DNA from: Sphyrna mokarran
Lineage: Eukaryota
DNA: 64,000 bases
Assembly (NCBI GenBank): GCA_024679065.1
Contig: JAGIQG010000022.1
Coordinates: 23,684,001-23,748,000 of the forward strand
Reading direction: 5' to 3'
In this document: one piece after another, positions 10,441-21,830 of the stretch
Layout: every line of letters begins with the position of its first letter
Numbering within the stretch: the stretch's first letter is position 1
Translations under genes and position numbers: made by a program
Notes under the pieces: model-generated
The model's database searches: none
Told to the model about the DNA's origin: nothing
What the model saw: the letters and a program-made list of their open reading frames with translations, nothing else

Positions 10441-11956
10441 GTGTGTGAATGGACTGCACAGATTGCCATCATGAGATTCCCTCAGGAGTTTACAAATCCA
10501 ACATTTCTGTTTTCAACTCGTACTATATCCCCTCCATACCACAGAACGGTGATATCGATTGATAATATTAATCCTCATTTTACTGAGATGAAAATAATTT
10601 CTGACCAAATCTGAGTGATGGGAGGAGCTAAAAATGCTTCAAATATAAAAATTACAGCATGCGGTGGACCCAGGATGCATTAGCAATACAAGTGCAGAGT
10701 AAGTGCTGAGCCATTTAGCTTGATGCCAGTCTAAGAAGTCTGTACCTGATACTGGAACAAATAGGAGTTCAAATCGTTCAAACAGATAGTCTCACTTCAT
10801 TTTATTTCAGTCAGTTTGGGCCTTGACACCTGCATTGCAGCAGTTGATATGAAGTGTCACTTGCACCATTAAGTCGATAGGTTCTTGGTTTTGGAAATGA
10901 TAGTGTCAATGAGGAATGACTGACGGCACCGAGGGAGATGATTGCAGAACTACTGGCCTGAGATGTTGATATCATCTAGAGTGGCTTCAAGTGGATATAT
11001 TAAGGAGCCTGTTGAGAAATTCATTCTCGGCAAGAATGTTTTATTATCAGATGATAGCCCTAATTGAGATTTTAACTCTGCATTGGATGACTGCTCATCC
11101 ACTTTGAGATTTCAGATGTAATCTTCTGTGACGTGCTGCCATTTGGGGCATTTATTTCAGACAATCCTCTTCCCTGCCAGTCCTCTGAGTATATTATGGG
11201 GATTAACCCCAACTCTGTATCACACTTTCAAAATTCTTTCCTAAGTTAAATATTATCTTCCCCTCTATTTACAACACTCCGGCTTCCAGTACAGTAACTA
11301 CCTTGGACTTTTTGGAGAGAACCAGATATCTAACCCTTTGTCGCTGATATTGCTAACTGTCCCACTCTCTGAAGTATATTTTATATTGCTTCCACCCACT
11401 ATATTAAAATGTGCCCAATTAAGGGTCAATTAGACTTACTAAAATTGCTCATGCCATAAAATACATGTGACATGGGCAGCAAAGCAAGAGCAAGAAGGTC
11501 AATTTTTAATCTCAAATGGTTAAAAGGCAGAAAGAAAGAAGGGGGGGGGGGTTGCTATTCAGAGACTGCCCTTTAAAGATCATGAGATGATTAATTTACA
11601 ATGAGCCACCTCTTCCTACCTGCTCTCTGTCTTAAAATCACACTTCCCGCACCCCCCCACTGCCCATTTACCTGATGCTGTCAAACCCTGTCGACCCAAG
11701 ACCCCAAACTTGCTCTTTGGATTGAGGGGGGTCTTTCAACTGAATAAAGGGCAAAGTCTTACTTGAACCCATTAATGAACCCTGTAACTGGCAATTTAAC
11801 AATATAAGAAACAATTCAAGATTATCAGTTAGGCTTGCAGTGTGGCTCTCTTATGTGTGCTAGAAGCTACATACATTTCACTCATAGGTCCTGACCTTTG
11901 AAGACTAAAGGAGCACAGCCATACATTGCACCTTTTTCAACTAAGCAAAAATGTAG

Positions 11957-12205
11957 AGGACAGTCATTCCCTGTTTCATTCCCTAGAACAACGCCTTAGC
12001 CAATCAGAGTCTACCTGCGAGATTTAAATTTAAACAAAGCTTGGAAGTTAACTGTCAGTTGCTGGTCAATTCTCCATGACAATGTCACTTGCCGATCAAT
12101 CTGTACTCTCTTCTCATGCAGTACAAATTGTTGTTCCCTTTACAAGTCTTGCGAATTGTCCTGGTGAGTGCAAGATGAAAAGTTTTGAGAGCACGTCTAT
12201 TCTTA
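11957..12205 (+). mobile_element. Interspersed repeat with CCAAT/TATA-like motifs and a decayed hammerhead motif (PLE pLTR/retrozyme-like)
   Basis: AGCCAATCAGAG, CAGTACAAATTG, then TTGTC-CTGGTGA-GTGCAAGAT-GAAA-AGTTTT. Confidence 0.55.
12156..12191 (+). ncRNA. Degenerate type I hammerhead ribozyme motif (family 3)
   Basis: CTGGTGA (for CUGAUGA), short stem II, GAAA, AGTTTT (for palindromic stem III). Confidence 0.45.
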
Positions 12206-12783
12206 GAGCAAATAACTGCAATCGATGAACCTAGCATTTTTGCACTTAACCCACAATGAGAACCTAAAGCTGCAATCAAAAATGAACAGAAATAGGACAC
12301 CTAATCTAAAAAGATGCTTTTATAATGAAGAGCAAGACTGAATAGTAAAACTGAACGTTAGGCTTGCTATACAAAAGAATGGAGGTCAGTAGGTTAATTA
12401 AATGACTCTATCTGTTGTCTTGTCCAACATATTGATGATGTTATCTTTCATTTTCCAGTACAGTATATTTGACCATCCTGAAATAATTACCATTGCAAAT
12501 ATATACTGAATTAAATATACACTGAATTAACATGATGAAAGTTTTTTTATCTGCCACAAAATGTGTCAGGTTAAATAATGCATTCAATTCCCACGATGAT
12601 GCAGGGGTTGATGCATTTGAAGTGCCTGATGTGAGCAGTGGACAATTTGGATGGAATTCTCCACATAATTTTTGAGGTGGAGTATATTGCAAGAATAATG
12701 TCCCGGTCTCTCAGGCGTGTTTGACACCGCAATTGTCCCACACTCAGTCACATTTTTGAAGAGTTGTGTTGTGTAGCAGTACT

Positions 12784-13015
12784 AGAACATAGAACGTAGA
12801 ACATTACAGCGCAGAACAGGCCCTTTGGCCTTCGATGTTGCGCCAACCAATTAAGAAAAAGCAATGACCCTCTAACCTAAACCATTCCCGTTTCATCCAT
12901 AAACTTATCTACTAACCTCTTAAATACCCCCAAACTTGGCGCATCTACAACTGCAGCAGGCAGGGCATTCCATACCCTTACCACTCTCTGTGTAAAGAAC
13001 CTACCTCTGACATCC
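12784..13015 (-). mobile_element. CR1 LINE 3' end
   Basis: (AGAACAT)n tail complement; ORF RGRFFTQRVVRVWNALP...FKRLVDKFM. Confidence 0.9.
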
Positions 13016-13890
13016 TGGGATATACTCTGACATACTGGGAGGGGATTGGTAGGATGGTGGGAAAGTGGAGGAGAAAGTGTTGGGGAGGGGTGCCTAAACA
13101 AGCCAGTGAGTGGGCCCCAGAAGGTTCAGCTGCCATTTTATAAGGGCATCTCAATTTTAAAATGCATTAGGAGAGTTTGTCCCTCTGCCCATTACCATTG
13201 GGATCACTCCTCATCAATGTTCTCTTATCCCCTTCCCAACAAGGGTCTCTGTTTTTGAGATCTTACAAATGGGTCCCCCGTCATGACCTCCGACAAAACC
13301 CCTCATCGTGAACCTCTTCATGATCCACCTTTCCATGAATCTCCTCACATGACTCCCCTGCATATCCCCTCATCATAGCCCTCCTTGTTATAGCCAACAC
13401 TGGTCACAGCTTCCACTTAGGCACAACCCCTTGGGCACTGACTCTGGCACGCTGGCAATGCTTAACTGGCACTGCCAGGGAACCTGGTGGCCACTTTTGG
13501 GGTGTCTGGTGGGAACTGCCAGCTTGTCCAATGGACACTGCCAGGATTAAAAGGTAGCAAACTAGTTTTAAAACGGAATTGGTTAAGAAGACAGGTTGAC
13601 TGAGATGAAGCATCTGGGGTCTTTGAGATATGGATTGGCCTAGCAAACTGTGAATAGACATTTATCTAAGAGAAGGGAATAACAATAGGTCAACAAATTT
13701 CAGGAGTTTAAGCACGGAAATTCAAAAGAGAAAATGAGGGTGAATTTTACACTTGCATTCTAAAAGGGTAATCACTTATAAGAAATGCCATTAAGAGAAA
13801 TTTCCAAGGCAAATAGTTCAGATAAGAAAAAAACAAAAGGAAAAGCAATCAGTCAGTGGCAAGTTGCTTCCTATATGGTGAGCTGAGCTG

Positions 13891-15526
13891 CACTCTATAC
13901 CAACATCCCCCACGGTGATGGCATTGCAGCAACTTCCTCGGTACTCAGCCCAATAACTGCCAATCTCCAGATACAATTTTACAACTCATCTGCTTCATCT
14001 TGGACCACAATGCCTTCACCTTCAACATCTGTTCTTCATCCAGACACACAGAATAGCCACGGGGACCAAATGTTGGCCCCTCAACATGCCATCATCTTCA
14101 TGCACAGGTTCAAATAAGATCTCTTCACTGCACAGGACCTTCAACCAATGCTATACACTAGATACATAAATGACATTTTCTTCCTTTGGACTCATTGTGA
14201 ACAATCACTGAAACAACAATATTTTGACATCAACAAGTTCCAGCCCACCATCGGACTCACCATGGACTACTCTCCAGAATAGGTTGTATTCTTGGATGCA
14301 TGCATCTCCATCAAGGATGGTCACCTCATCACTTCATTGTACTGCAAGCCCACAGATAACTTAATGATGTTCCACTTCTCCAGCTTTCAACCTAAACACG
14401 TTAAAGAAGCCATCCCCTTCAGACAAGCCCTCCATGTACATAGGATCTGTTCAGATGAGGAAGGTCACAACAGACACCTCCAAACATTGACAGATGCCCT
14501 TATAAAAACAGGATATAGTGTTCAACTCATCTATTGACAGTTCTGATGTGCCACAATGAAAAACCGCACCAACCTCCTCTGAAGACCAACACGGTACACA
14601 GCAGATAGAGTATCCTTTGTCATCCAGCGGAGAACCTATGAGATTTCAACATATCATTGATGATGAACATCTCACCAATGCCATCCCCACACCTCCCACT
14701 TTTTGCCTTCAAACAACCGCACAACCTCAAACAGACCACTGCCTGCAGCAAACTACCCAGCCTTTAGGAGAACAGTGACAACACCACACAATCCTGTCAC
14801 AGCAACCTTGGCAAGATGTGCTGGATCATTGACATGGATGACATCATCTCACATCAGAGCACCATCCACCAAGTACATAGTACATATACTTGCAACTACC
14901 TGATACATCACAGGGGAAAGGATGTCCAGAGACATGGTACATGCAGACATTATGACAATGGATGAATGAACACCATTCGACAATCACCAGACAAGAATGT
15001 TCTCTTCCTGTTGGGGAACACTTCAACAGTCATAGACATTCGGCCTCTGGTCTTTGGGTAAGTATGCTCCAAAGCAGCCTTCATGACACACAACAACACA
15101 GAATCGCTGAGTAGATACTGAAACTAAGTTCCATACACATGAGGATGGCTTCAACTGGATCTTGGGTTCATGTCACACTATCTGTAACCCCGAAGACTTG
15201 CCTGGGTTTGTAAAATCTCACTAACTGTCCTGACTGGAGACAATACACATCTTTTTAACCTGTAGTTAATCTTCTCTCCACTCACATTGTCTGTATCTTT
15301 AAGACTTGATTGCCTGTAAAGACTCGCATTCCAACTATTATTTTGTAAATTCAGTTTGTGTCTTCATATTCCCTGCTTGTGAACAGAACTCCCACTCACC
15401 CGATGAAGGGACAGCATTCCAAAAGCCAGTGGTTTGTGTTACCAGATAAACCTGTTGGACTTTAACCTGGTGTTGTGAGACTTCTTACTGTGTTTAGCCC
15501 AGTCCAATGCTGGCATCTCCACATCA
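13891..15526 (+). mobile_element. 5'-truncated Penelope-like element (RT C-terminus, probable GIY-YIG remnant, pLTR) with 11 bp TSD
   Basis: LYTNIPH, LDHNAFTFN, RYINDIFFLW, LYCKPTD...KEAIPFRQALHVHRICS; TSD GAGCTGAGCTG at 13880-13890 and 15527-15537. Confidence 0.93.
15397..15431 (+). ncRNA. Degenerate hammerhead motif in Penelope pLTR (family 1)
   Basis: CAC-CCGATGA-AGGGACAGCATTCC-AAAAGCCA-GTG; stem I CAC/GTG intact, core mutated. Confidence 0.55.
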
Positions 15527-15759
15527 GAGCTGAGCTGAGCAGAGCTGGCTCAAGATTACAGCCACACATCAGAAGCACTGTTCACTCCAAACAAGGGAAT
15601 GCCTGGGAAATTCTGTTTGAACCACCAGTCATTTCCATTTTAAAGAAGAAATCCCAAAGGAGATAAAGGTACTAATTGTGGTAACTATTACTAGATTTTG
15701 CTTATTGTTTTAAAACCTATGCAATATTGTTTGGAGATACTTAGCTCTGAGTTTAGGAA

Positions 15760-15932
15760 TACAATTGCAAGATTTAAAAGACATTTGGATGGGCACACGG
15801 ATAGGAACGTTTTAGAGAGATCTGGTCCTAGCACAGGCAAATGGGACTAGTGTAGTTTAGGAAACCTGGTGGCCATGGATAAGTTGGGCTGAAGGTCCTG
15901 TTTCCATGCTGTAAATTTCTATGACTGTATGA
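15760..15932 (+). mobile_element. HER1/CR1 3' UTR
   Basis: TTTAAAAGACATTTGGATG...TTGGGCTGAAGGTCCTGTTTCCATGCTGTAAATTTCTATGAC. Confidence 0.88.
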
Positions 15933-16860
15933 ATATAAGTTGGTTTGGATCTGAGTCAATTCAATAATGTGTGTCGCCAACATTGTAATTAAGTATATGT
16001 TTTGTTTCAGCGTGCCTTTCTTCTTGTGTATTTTCCTGTTTATTGAACATCTCATTTGTTTCATTATTATAACAAGATTCAACTTTTCTTCACTAGTCTT
16101 CATATCTTTCCTCATCCCAAATTTCAAAAAGTGCAGTTTGCAACCAGCATTCCAGAACTTGTAGTCTCAAGCCTAAAAATATTATTAGTCACAAAAATGC
16201 AGAAGTGGCATTAGGTTTGGGATTGACCATATACCAATGACACTGTCAGGAAGGTTCCTGCTGACAACTGGGAAATTTTGATAAACATGCTGTTTTCAGA
16301 GCTTTTAGCCACTTATTATTCTCCTAAAAGTTCACTGTCAGAAACGGTCATTATTTTTAAAGGTATTGATTTGTCGAATTTGATAAGCGGCCGGAAGGAA
16401 TAAACATGCCCTAGTGTTTTAGATAACTGGTGAGAGTGCAGTTGTGATCCTAATCTCACCACGCGTTTCTATCAGCAAGGAGTACTTAATCACTGGGCTT
16501 GTGGATCAAGGAGTGACTTAAATCTCTGAAAGATTCATAGCAAAATACGTTATTGATTTGTTGTGGATAGGGCTAAAGATGTCGTAGTTCTAGGTGCAGT
16601 TAATATTGTGGAAAAGATATGGGATGAGATGATCTCCCGAACTTGCAGCTGTATGCGTTTAAGAAAAAAATGAGCCATTATTTATCCAGTGGAGAGAAAT
16701 GAATCAGCTAACAAATCAGATGACTTGATGTGGAATTTGTGAGAGAGCAGAATGTAAGGGTACATTTAGAGACCAAGACAGTTTTAGTCGTGGGTAGACA
16801 TGACAATTGAGCAGATAAAGTGAAGAATAATTTGGACTTCCAAATGCTATCCAAACACAC

Positions 16861-17192
16861 GGCAGGTTGGCACAGTGGGGGGTAGCACTGCTGTCTTGTA
16901 GTGCCAAGGACCCAGGTTCAATTCCCAGGTCTTTTAAGCCTCAGGTCACTTTGTATGGACTTTGCATATTCTCATGTGGGTTTCCTCCGGTTGTTCCGGT
17001 TTGATCCCACACTCCAAAGATGTGCGTGTCAGGTGGATTGACCATACTAAATTGCCCTTTCGTGTGAGAAGCAACAGGAAGGTAGTAGGATAAGCATATG
17101 GGGTTATGGGGAGAGGGCCTGGGTAGGCTTATTGTTGGTGCAGACTCAATTGGCCAAATGACCACCTTCTGCACTATAATGACTCTATGATC
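16861..17192 (+). mobile_element. HE1/V-SINE
   Basis: tRNA head, V-domain and CR1 tail ending GACTCTATGA. Confidence 0.9.
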
Positions 17193-17839
17193 CTATAATA
17201 ACTTCTCACATACCTCAGCTACCCACCACCCCACACCCCTTCCCCCCCCTCTCCACACCATCCCACTCCCTCACCTCTTCACCGTGCTGAAACCATTGTG
17301 CAATGTTCAGCCTTGGGCTAATCCATATTTTATCAACCAAAAAAACTGATCTGGGTAATTTTCTACAACAAAATCAGTGTGCACAAACTAGCTAATAATC
17401 CATTGTTCAATATTGTACACTGTGGGACATAAGCTGCAATAAAATGTATTATTATAATTAAACTATTCTATTAGAATTAAGAAAAAACCAGCAACTTTAA
17501 CTGCATGGGGCAGTTAAGTATTATCCAGACAGGATAACAGGGAATAATTTAATTTGCAAAACATTGTTTAAAATTATATAATAGCCGTTATTAAATAATG
17601 ACATTTTAAAGTAAATTTTAAGCTCCCCTGAGGTCTAATTATCCTTGAAAGTCCAAACAGATAATAACCATCGGGCTGAAGTGTTTTGTTTGGATTTGGG
17701 TTGATCATTTAAATGTTCTCAATGGATCCTTGAACCGGTGTAAGATATCACATAGTGAAGTAAAAGCATTGTTCAAACCATCACCGCATGCACGCAGCAC
17801 TGATGGTAAGGTAGCGATGATACGGAGTGTGTGGGAATC

Positions 17840-17906
17840 AAGCCGGCATAATGGGCTAAATGGCCTCCTTCTGTACCTTAACAAAAAAAACCTGTGATTC
17901 TGTGAT
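17840..17906 (+). mobile_element. Very short CR1-type tail
   Basis: ATGGGCTAAATGGCCTCCTTCTGTAC...TGTGATTCTGTGAT. Confidence 0.7.
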
Positions 17907-18106
17907 CCGCTGGAAGTTGGCAGGGTTGATAACAAAATGACCAAAGGAACGGTGTTGGTGATGTGGGGGTGTCAACGATTGTGTCGGATTATTTGAACAA
18001 TTCTGTTTGCATGCGGTCTCACCAGTGGGCAGTGATGTTCAGATTTTAGGATGTAAAGTGGTGATTCTAGTCAGAATCATAGATGGTGCGTACCTACATT
18101 CCTGAA

Positions 18107-18408
18107 ATTTAAAGTTTATTTATTAGTGTCACAAGTAGGCTTACATTTATATTGCAGAGAGGTTATTGTGAAAATTCCCTGATCGCCGCACTCCGATATT
18201 TGTTTGGGTATACTGAGGGAGAATTTAGCTGACCATACATCTAACCAGCATGTCTTTTGGACTGAGGGAAGAAACCAGAGCACTGGAGGAAACCCACGCA
18301 AACATGGGGAGAGCATGCAGATTCCACACAGATAGTGATCCAAGTCAGGAATCAAACCTTGATCTCCAGTGCTTTGAAGCAGCAGTGCTAACCACTGTGC
18401 CATCATGC
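18107..18408 (-). mobile_element. V-SINE type 2, full length
   Basis: AAGTTTATTTATTAGTGTCACAAGTAGGCTTACATT...GCAGCAGTGCTAACCACTGTGCCA. Confidence 0.93.
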
Positions 18409-18969
18409 TGTCTGATGGGCAAAGTGCTCCGTCAACAGCGTGGATGTGAAAAGTCGCACTCCCAATGCACTGCAGAGAACATTAGGGTTTGAAACTGCAA
18501 ACGAAAGATTGAGCCCAAGGTAACACTGGTCAAAAATGAATACTGAAAGGAGATAGATATAAAAGAGAATAGCAAGAAGTGAAAGGTTTGGAGAGGGAGT
18601 TCCTGAGGTCATAGCCTAGGTAGCTGTCAGTGATGGAGCAAGGAAAGTGAGGGTGCGCAAGGTTACAGGATCTGATACTTAGCTAAAGTTGGTACATGAC
18701 TTACAGTTGGACCCCAGGACTTCTATGTGTGCATTGTCCAGCAAAGTGCCACATATGGAGAGTTTGTTATTCAGTGAACAGGCTGGAAGCTGGCCTGCAC
18801 ATCTATACTGAAGAAAAAGGGGCAAAGAAGTGAAACAGCAAGAAACTGCAAGTCAGGTAACCTAAATCAGGATGCCATTAAAAGGAAGGTGCTCAAGGGA
18901 ACTGCAGGTGATGGGCTTGGTACAGGAAAGGGTGGTAAAATTGAGGAAGTTTGAACAATGCTTCTTCCT

Positions 18970-19006
18970 GCTTTGACAAAGGGTCATCTGGACTCGAAAC
19001 GTCAGC
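18970..19006 (+). ncRNA. Minimal type I hammerhead ribozyme motif (family 2), core decayed
   Basis: GCT-TTGACAA-A-GGGTC-ATCTG-GACTC-GAAAC-GTC-AGC: stem I GCT/AGC, stem II GGGTC/GACTC, palindromic ACGT, GUC triplet. Confidence 0.65.
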
Positions 19007-19068
19007 TCTTTTCTGTCCTTACAGATGCTGCCAGACTTGCCAGGATCTTCCAGTGTTTTCTCTTTTGA
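18973..19068 (+). mobile_element. ~96 bp PLE-derived mini insertion with 12 bp TSD
   Basis: TSD CTTCTTCCTGCT at 18961-18972 and 19069-19080; body ...GACTCGAAACGTCAGCTC...ACAGATGCTGCCAGAC...TTCCAG. Confidence 0.85.
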
Positions 19069-19149
19069 CTTCTTCCTGCTATCTATTTTTCCACTGTGTC
19101 CTGACATCCTGCAGAGTCTGGTGAAGACAGCTAGGCCAGAGAGAGTGCT

Positions 19150-19590
19150 ATGAAGGGAATGAAGAATTTGTCATATGAGGAGCAGTTGAAGAGTTTGGGT
19201 CTATACGCAATGGAGTTTAGAAAGATGAGAGGGGATATCGAATTGAAACTTACAGAATGCTAAATGGAGTGGACATGGAGAGGATGTTTCCACTCGTGGG
19301 AGAGACTAGAACTTGAGGGCACAAACCCAGAGTGAAGAGACGCTCCTTTAAAACTGAAATGAGATGCATCTGTGGAACTGATTGCCACAGAAGGCTGTGG
19401 AGGCCAGGTCATTGAATATCTTTAAGACAGAGATAGATAGATTCTTGATCAATAAGGAGATCAAGTATTACAGGGAGAAGGTGGGAGAATAGGGATAAAA
19501 ATCACATCAGCCATGACTGAATGGCAAAGCAGACTCGATGGGCCAAATGGCCTATCTCTGCTCCTATATCTTACAGTCAATGGTCTTCTA
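19150..19590 (+). mobile_element. CR1 LINE 3' fragment
   Basis: TGGAGTTTAGAAAGATGAGAGGGGAT...CTGTGGAACTGATTGCCACAG...GACTCGATGGGCCAAATGGCC. Confidence 0.88.
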
Positions 19591-20158
19591 AGTGTACTGG
19601 ACTGGTATTTAAATGTGGCACGGGGATCTTCAAACCCACTAGCTGATGGTGGGTAGATGGGTCAGCAGCTGTCCCACCTGGAGATTCAGATAGGAACTCA
19701 CCAGTGCTCCCATTTGGACAACTTCAACAGGGATCTGCCTCGAGATATTCAATAACACATTGCCAGATTCCTTTCCCCTGAATCTGTGAGAGCACTCACA
19801 ATTCACCTTCCGTACATGCTTTCAGATCTTCAGTCATACCAAGTAGAACACCACTGTTCCTTTGCCCTTGCGACCTGCAGCATGGAACCACTAACCTTCA
19901 GTTGTCTTCTTGCATCTTTTGAGCTTCTCTGATCTCATATTGATTCTATTGCTCATATTGCTCTATTCCTCACAACTCCAAGTCTTTAACTTGGAGACTA
20001 TTTCTCTGTTCCTTTGTCTCAAATTTACTTTACCAGATCTGTTTTGGATCTCTGTCTTCGTTCCTTATCTGGAATTATCCAGGACATGTTTCTGATCTTT
20101 GTCTTTGTCGCTATTTGGAACCTTCCTCTGTGAGCTCTCCTTATCCCCTCCCCGTGTT

Positions 20159-20463
20159 ATCATAGAATCCATGAAACTCATACAGTGCAGAAGGAGGCCA
20201 TTCAATCCTTGGAGTCTGCATCAACACAACATCTTAACCATCCGATCTTTGTAACTTAAACCATCTTATCTACACAATTGGGACACTAAGGGGCAATTTA
20301 GCCTGGCCAATCTACCTAACCTGCATGTCTCTGGGAGGAAACCAGAGCACCTGGTGGAACCCATGCAGACATGGGGAAAACATGCAGTGTTCACACAGAT
20401 AGCCACCCGAGACCAGCATCAAATTTGGGTCCCTGGCACTGTGAGGCAGCAGTAATAACCACC
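20159..20463 (-). mobile_element. HE1/V-SINE
   Basis: ATCATAGAATC...AGTGCAGAAGGAGGCCATTC...GGCACTGTGAGGCAGCAGT. Confidence 0.9.
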
Positions 20464-21601
20464 TTTGCTGTTCAGTGTCTGATCAGTTTTTAACATGTAC
20501 TAAGAATGGAATGTGAGCTTCACAGTGTCAACAATAAGAATAGTCTTGCCAGTAATTATGATCATGATCACAGCATGGAATTTAATGACCTTTTCTTCTT
20601 TCAAGGTACTGCAGTGGTCAGTGCAAGATTGGTTAGTTTGCAGTGAACAGTTACATCAGTAGATCATGGATGCATTGAATATCTTCAGCTACTTTACCTT
20701 AGAAACTTAACCTCAGAATCAGAGTTACCAAAATGCCTTTGGATTGCAGTCCTAAAGTCCAGGATGTGAATGTTTCGGCTATTTGATCATCTAAATATCT
20801 ACACAAAGTACAGTTTATAAATGTTCTTGATAACACCAAATCCAAGTGCAGGTGGGCAAACGATCATCAACCCAAGAATATGCAAGACAAAGCCAGTTTC
20901 CTTAGCAACAATCACAATTCCCTGATTGCAAGGCAATCCTTCTGAATAATTTAAGGGAGCAGCCATTCTGGAAAGCTGATGTTCTGGAGATTAGAACTCC
21001 TTACTTGTGACAGTCAGGCCCACACGGTTAGAAAGATGATTGCAAAGCTTTACTTCAGCTATCCTGCGGCAGTGTTTTCAGTGCCAAAGTGGGACCAGGA
21101 AAACATACCAGTGCACCTCAGGGCCTTAATTCATCATTGTCTGTCGCATGTTGTTAAACTTTGCCAGATTTTACACTTCAGGAGTTGTAGGTCTGCCTGA
21201 TATTCTTTTGAGAATCTCCCAGTGTGAGTCTCAGTCCAGGCTGGAAATTCTCTTCTCTCTAACTAGGGCTGTTATAGAAAGATTTTATAGGACTGGTCAT
21301 CCAGATTTACCCGCTTTAGTTCAAAAAATAGGCTAACAGCAATTTGATTTATTTAACTGTTGACATCAATGAACACTGGAGTGTAATAGATGGAAAATAC
21401 CTCAATGTGGCTTGAATCAATGAAGCTTTATTGCCAAATAACAAATAATGTATATACAACAAGGTTAGACTAAATTACAATGCAACTGCTCTATTAGGTG
21501 TGTTGGCTATGCTAAATACTCCCTCAGAGTACCCAAATAGGCTCCAGAGTGTGCCAATTAGGAGATTTTCTCAGTAACTTTGTTGCAGTGTTACTGTGGC
21601 C

Positions 21602-21830
21602 ATGAGATGGATATGCCAGTGTTGGACTGGGGTGAGCACAGTAAGAAGTCTCACAACACCATGTTAAAGTCCAACAGTCTTATTTGGAATCAGGAGCTTT
21701 CAGATCTCTGCTCCTTCAACTCACCTGATGAAGGAGCAGCACTCTGAAAGCTCACAATCCCACATAAATAAACCTGTTGGATTTTAGCCTGTGTTGTGAT
21801 TTCTCACTGTGATGTAGAGATGCTGGCATG
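21602..21830. mobile_element. Inverted pair of Penelope pLTR fragments
   Basis: AGTAAGAAGTCTCACAACACC...GCTTTCAGATCTCTGCTCCTTCA / CCTGATGAAGGAGCAGCACTCTGAAAGC...AAACCTGTTGGA; same family as the pLTR at 15190-15526. Confidence 0.85.
21722..21755 (+). ncRNA. Hammerhead motif (family 1) with intact CUGAUGA/GAAA core
   Basis: CAC-CTGATGA-AGGAGC-AGC-ACTCT-GAAA-GCTC. Confidence 0.65.

Noticed and set aside
17705-17906. Possible chimeric retrocopy (cellular RNA fused to a CR1 tail)
   Set aside because: No TSD was found and the upstream part matches no RNA I recognise; kept only as a short CR1 tail.
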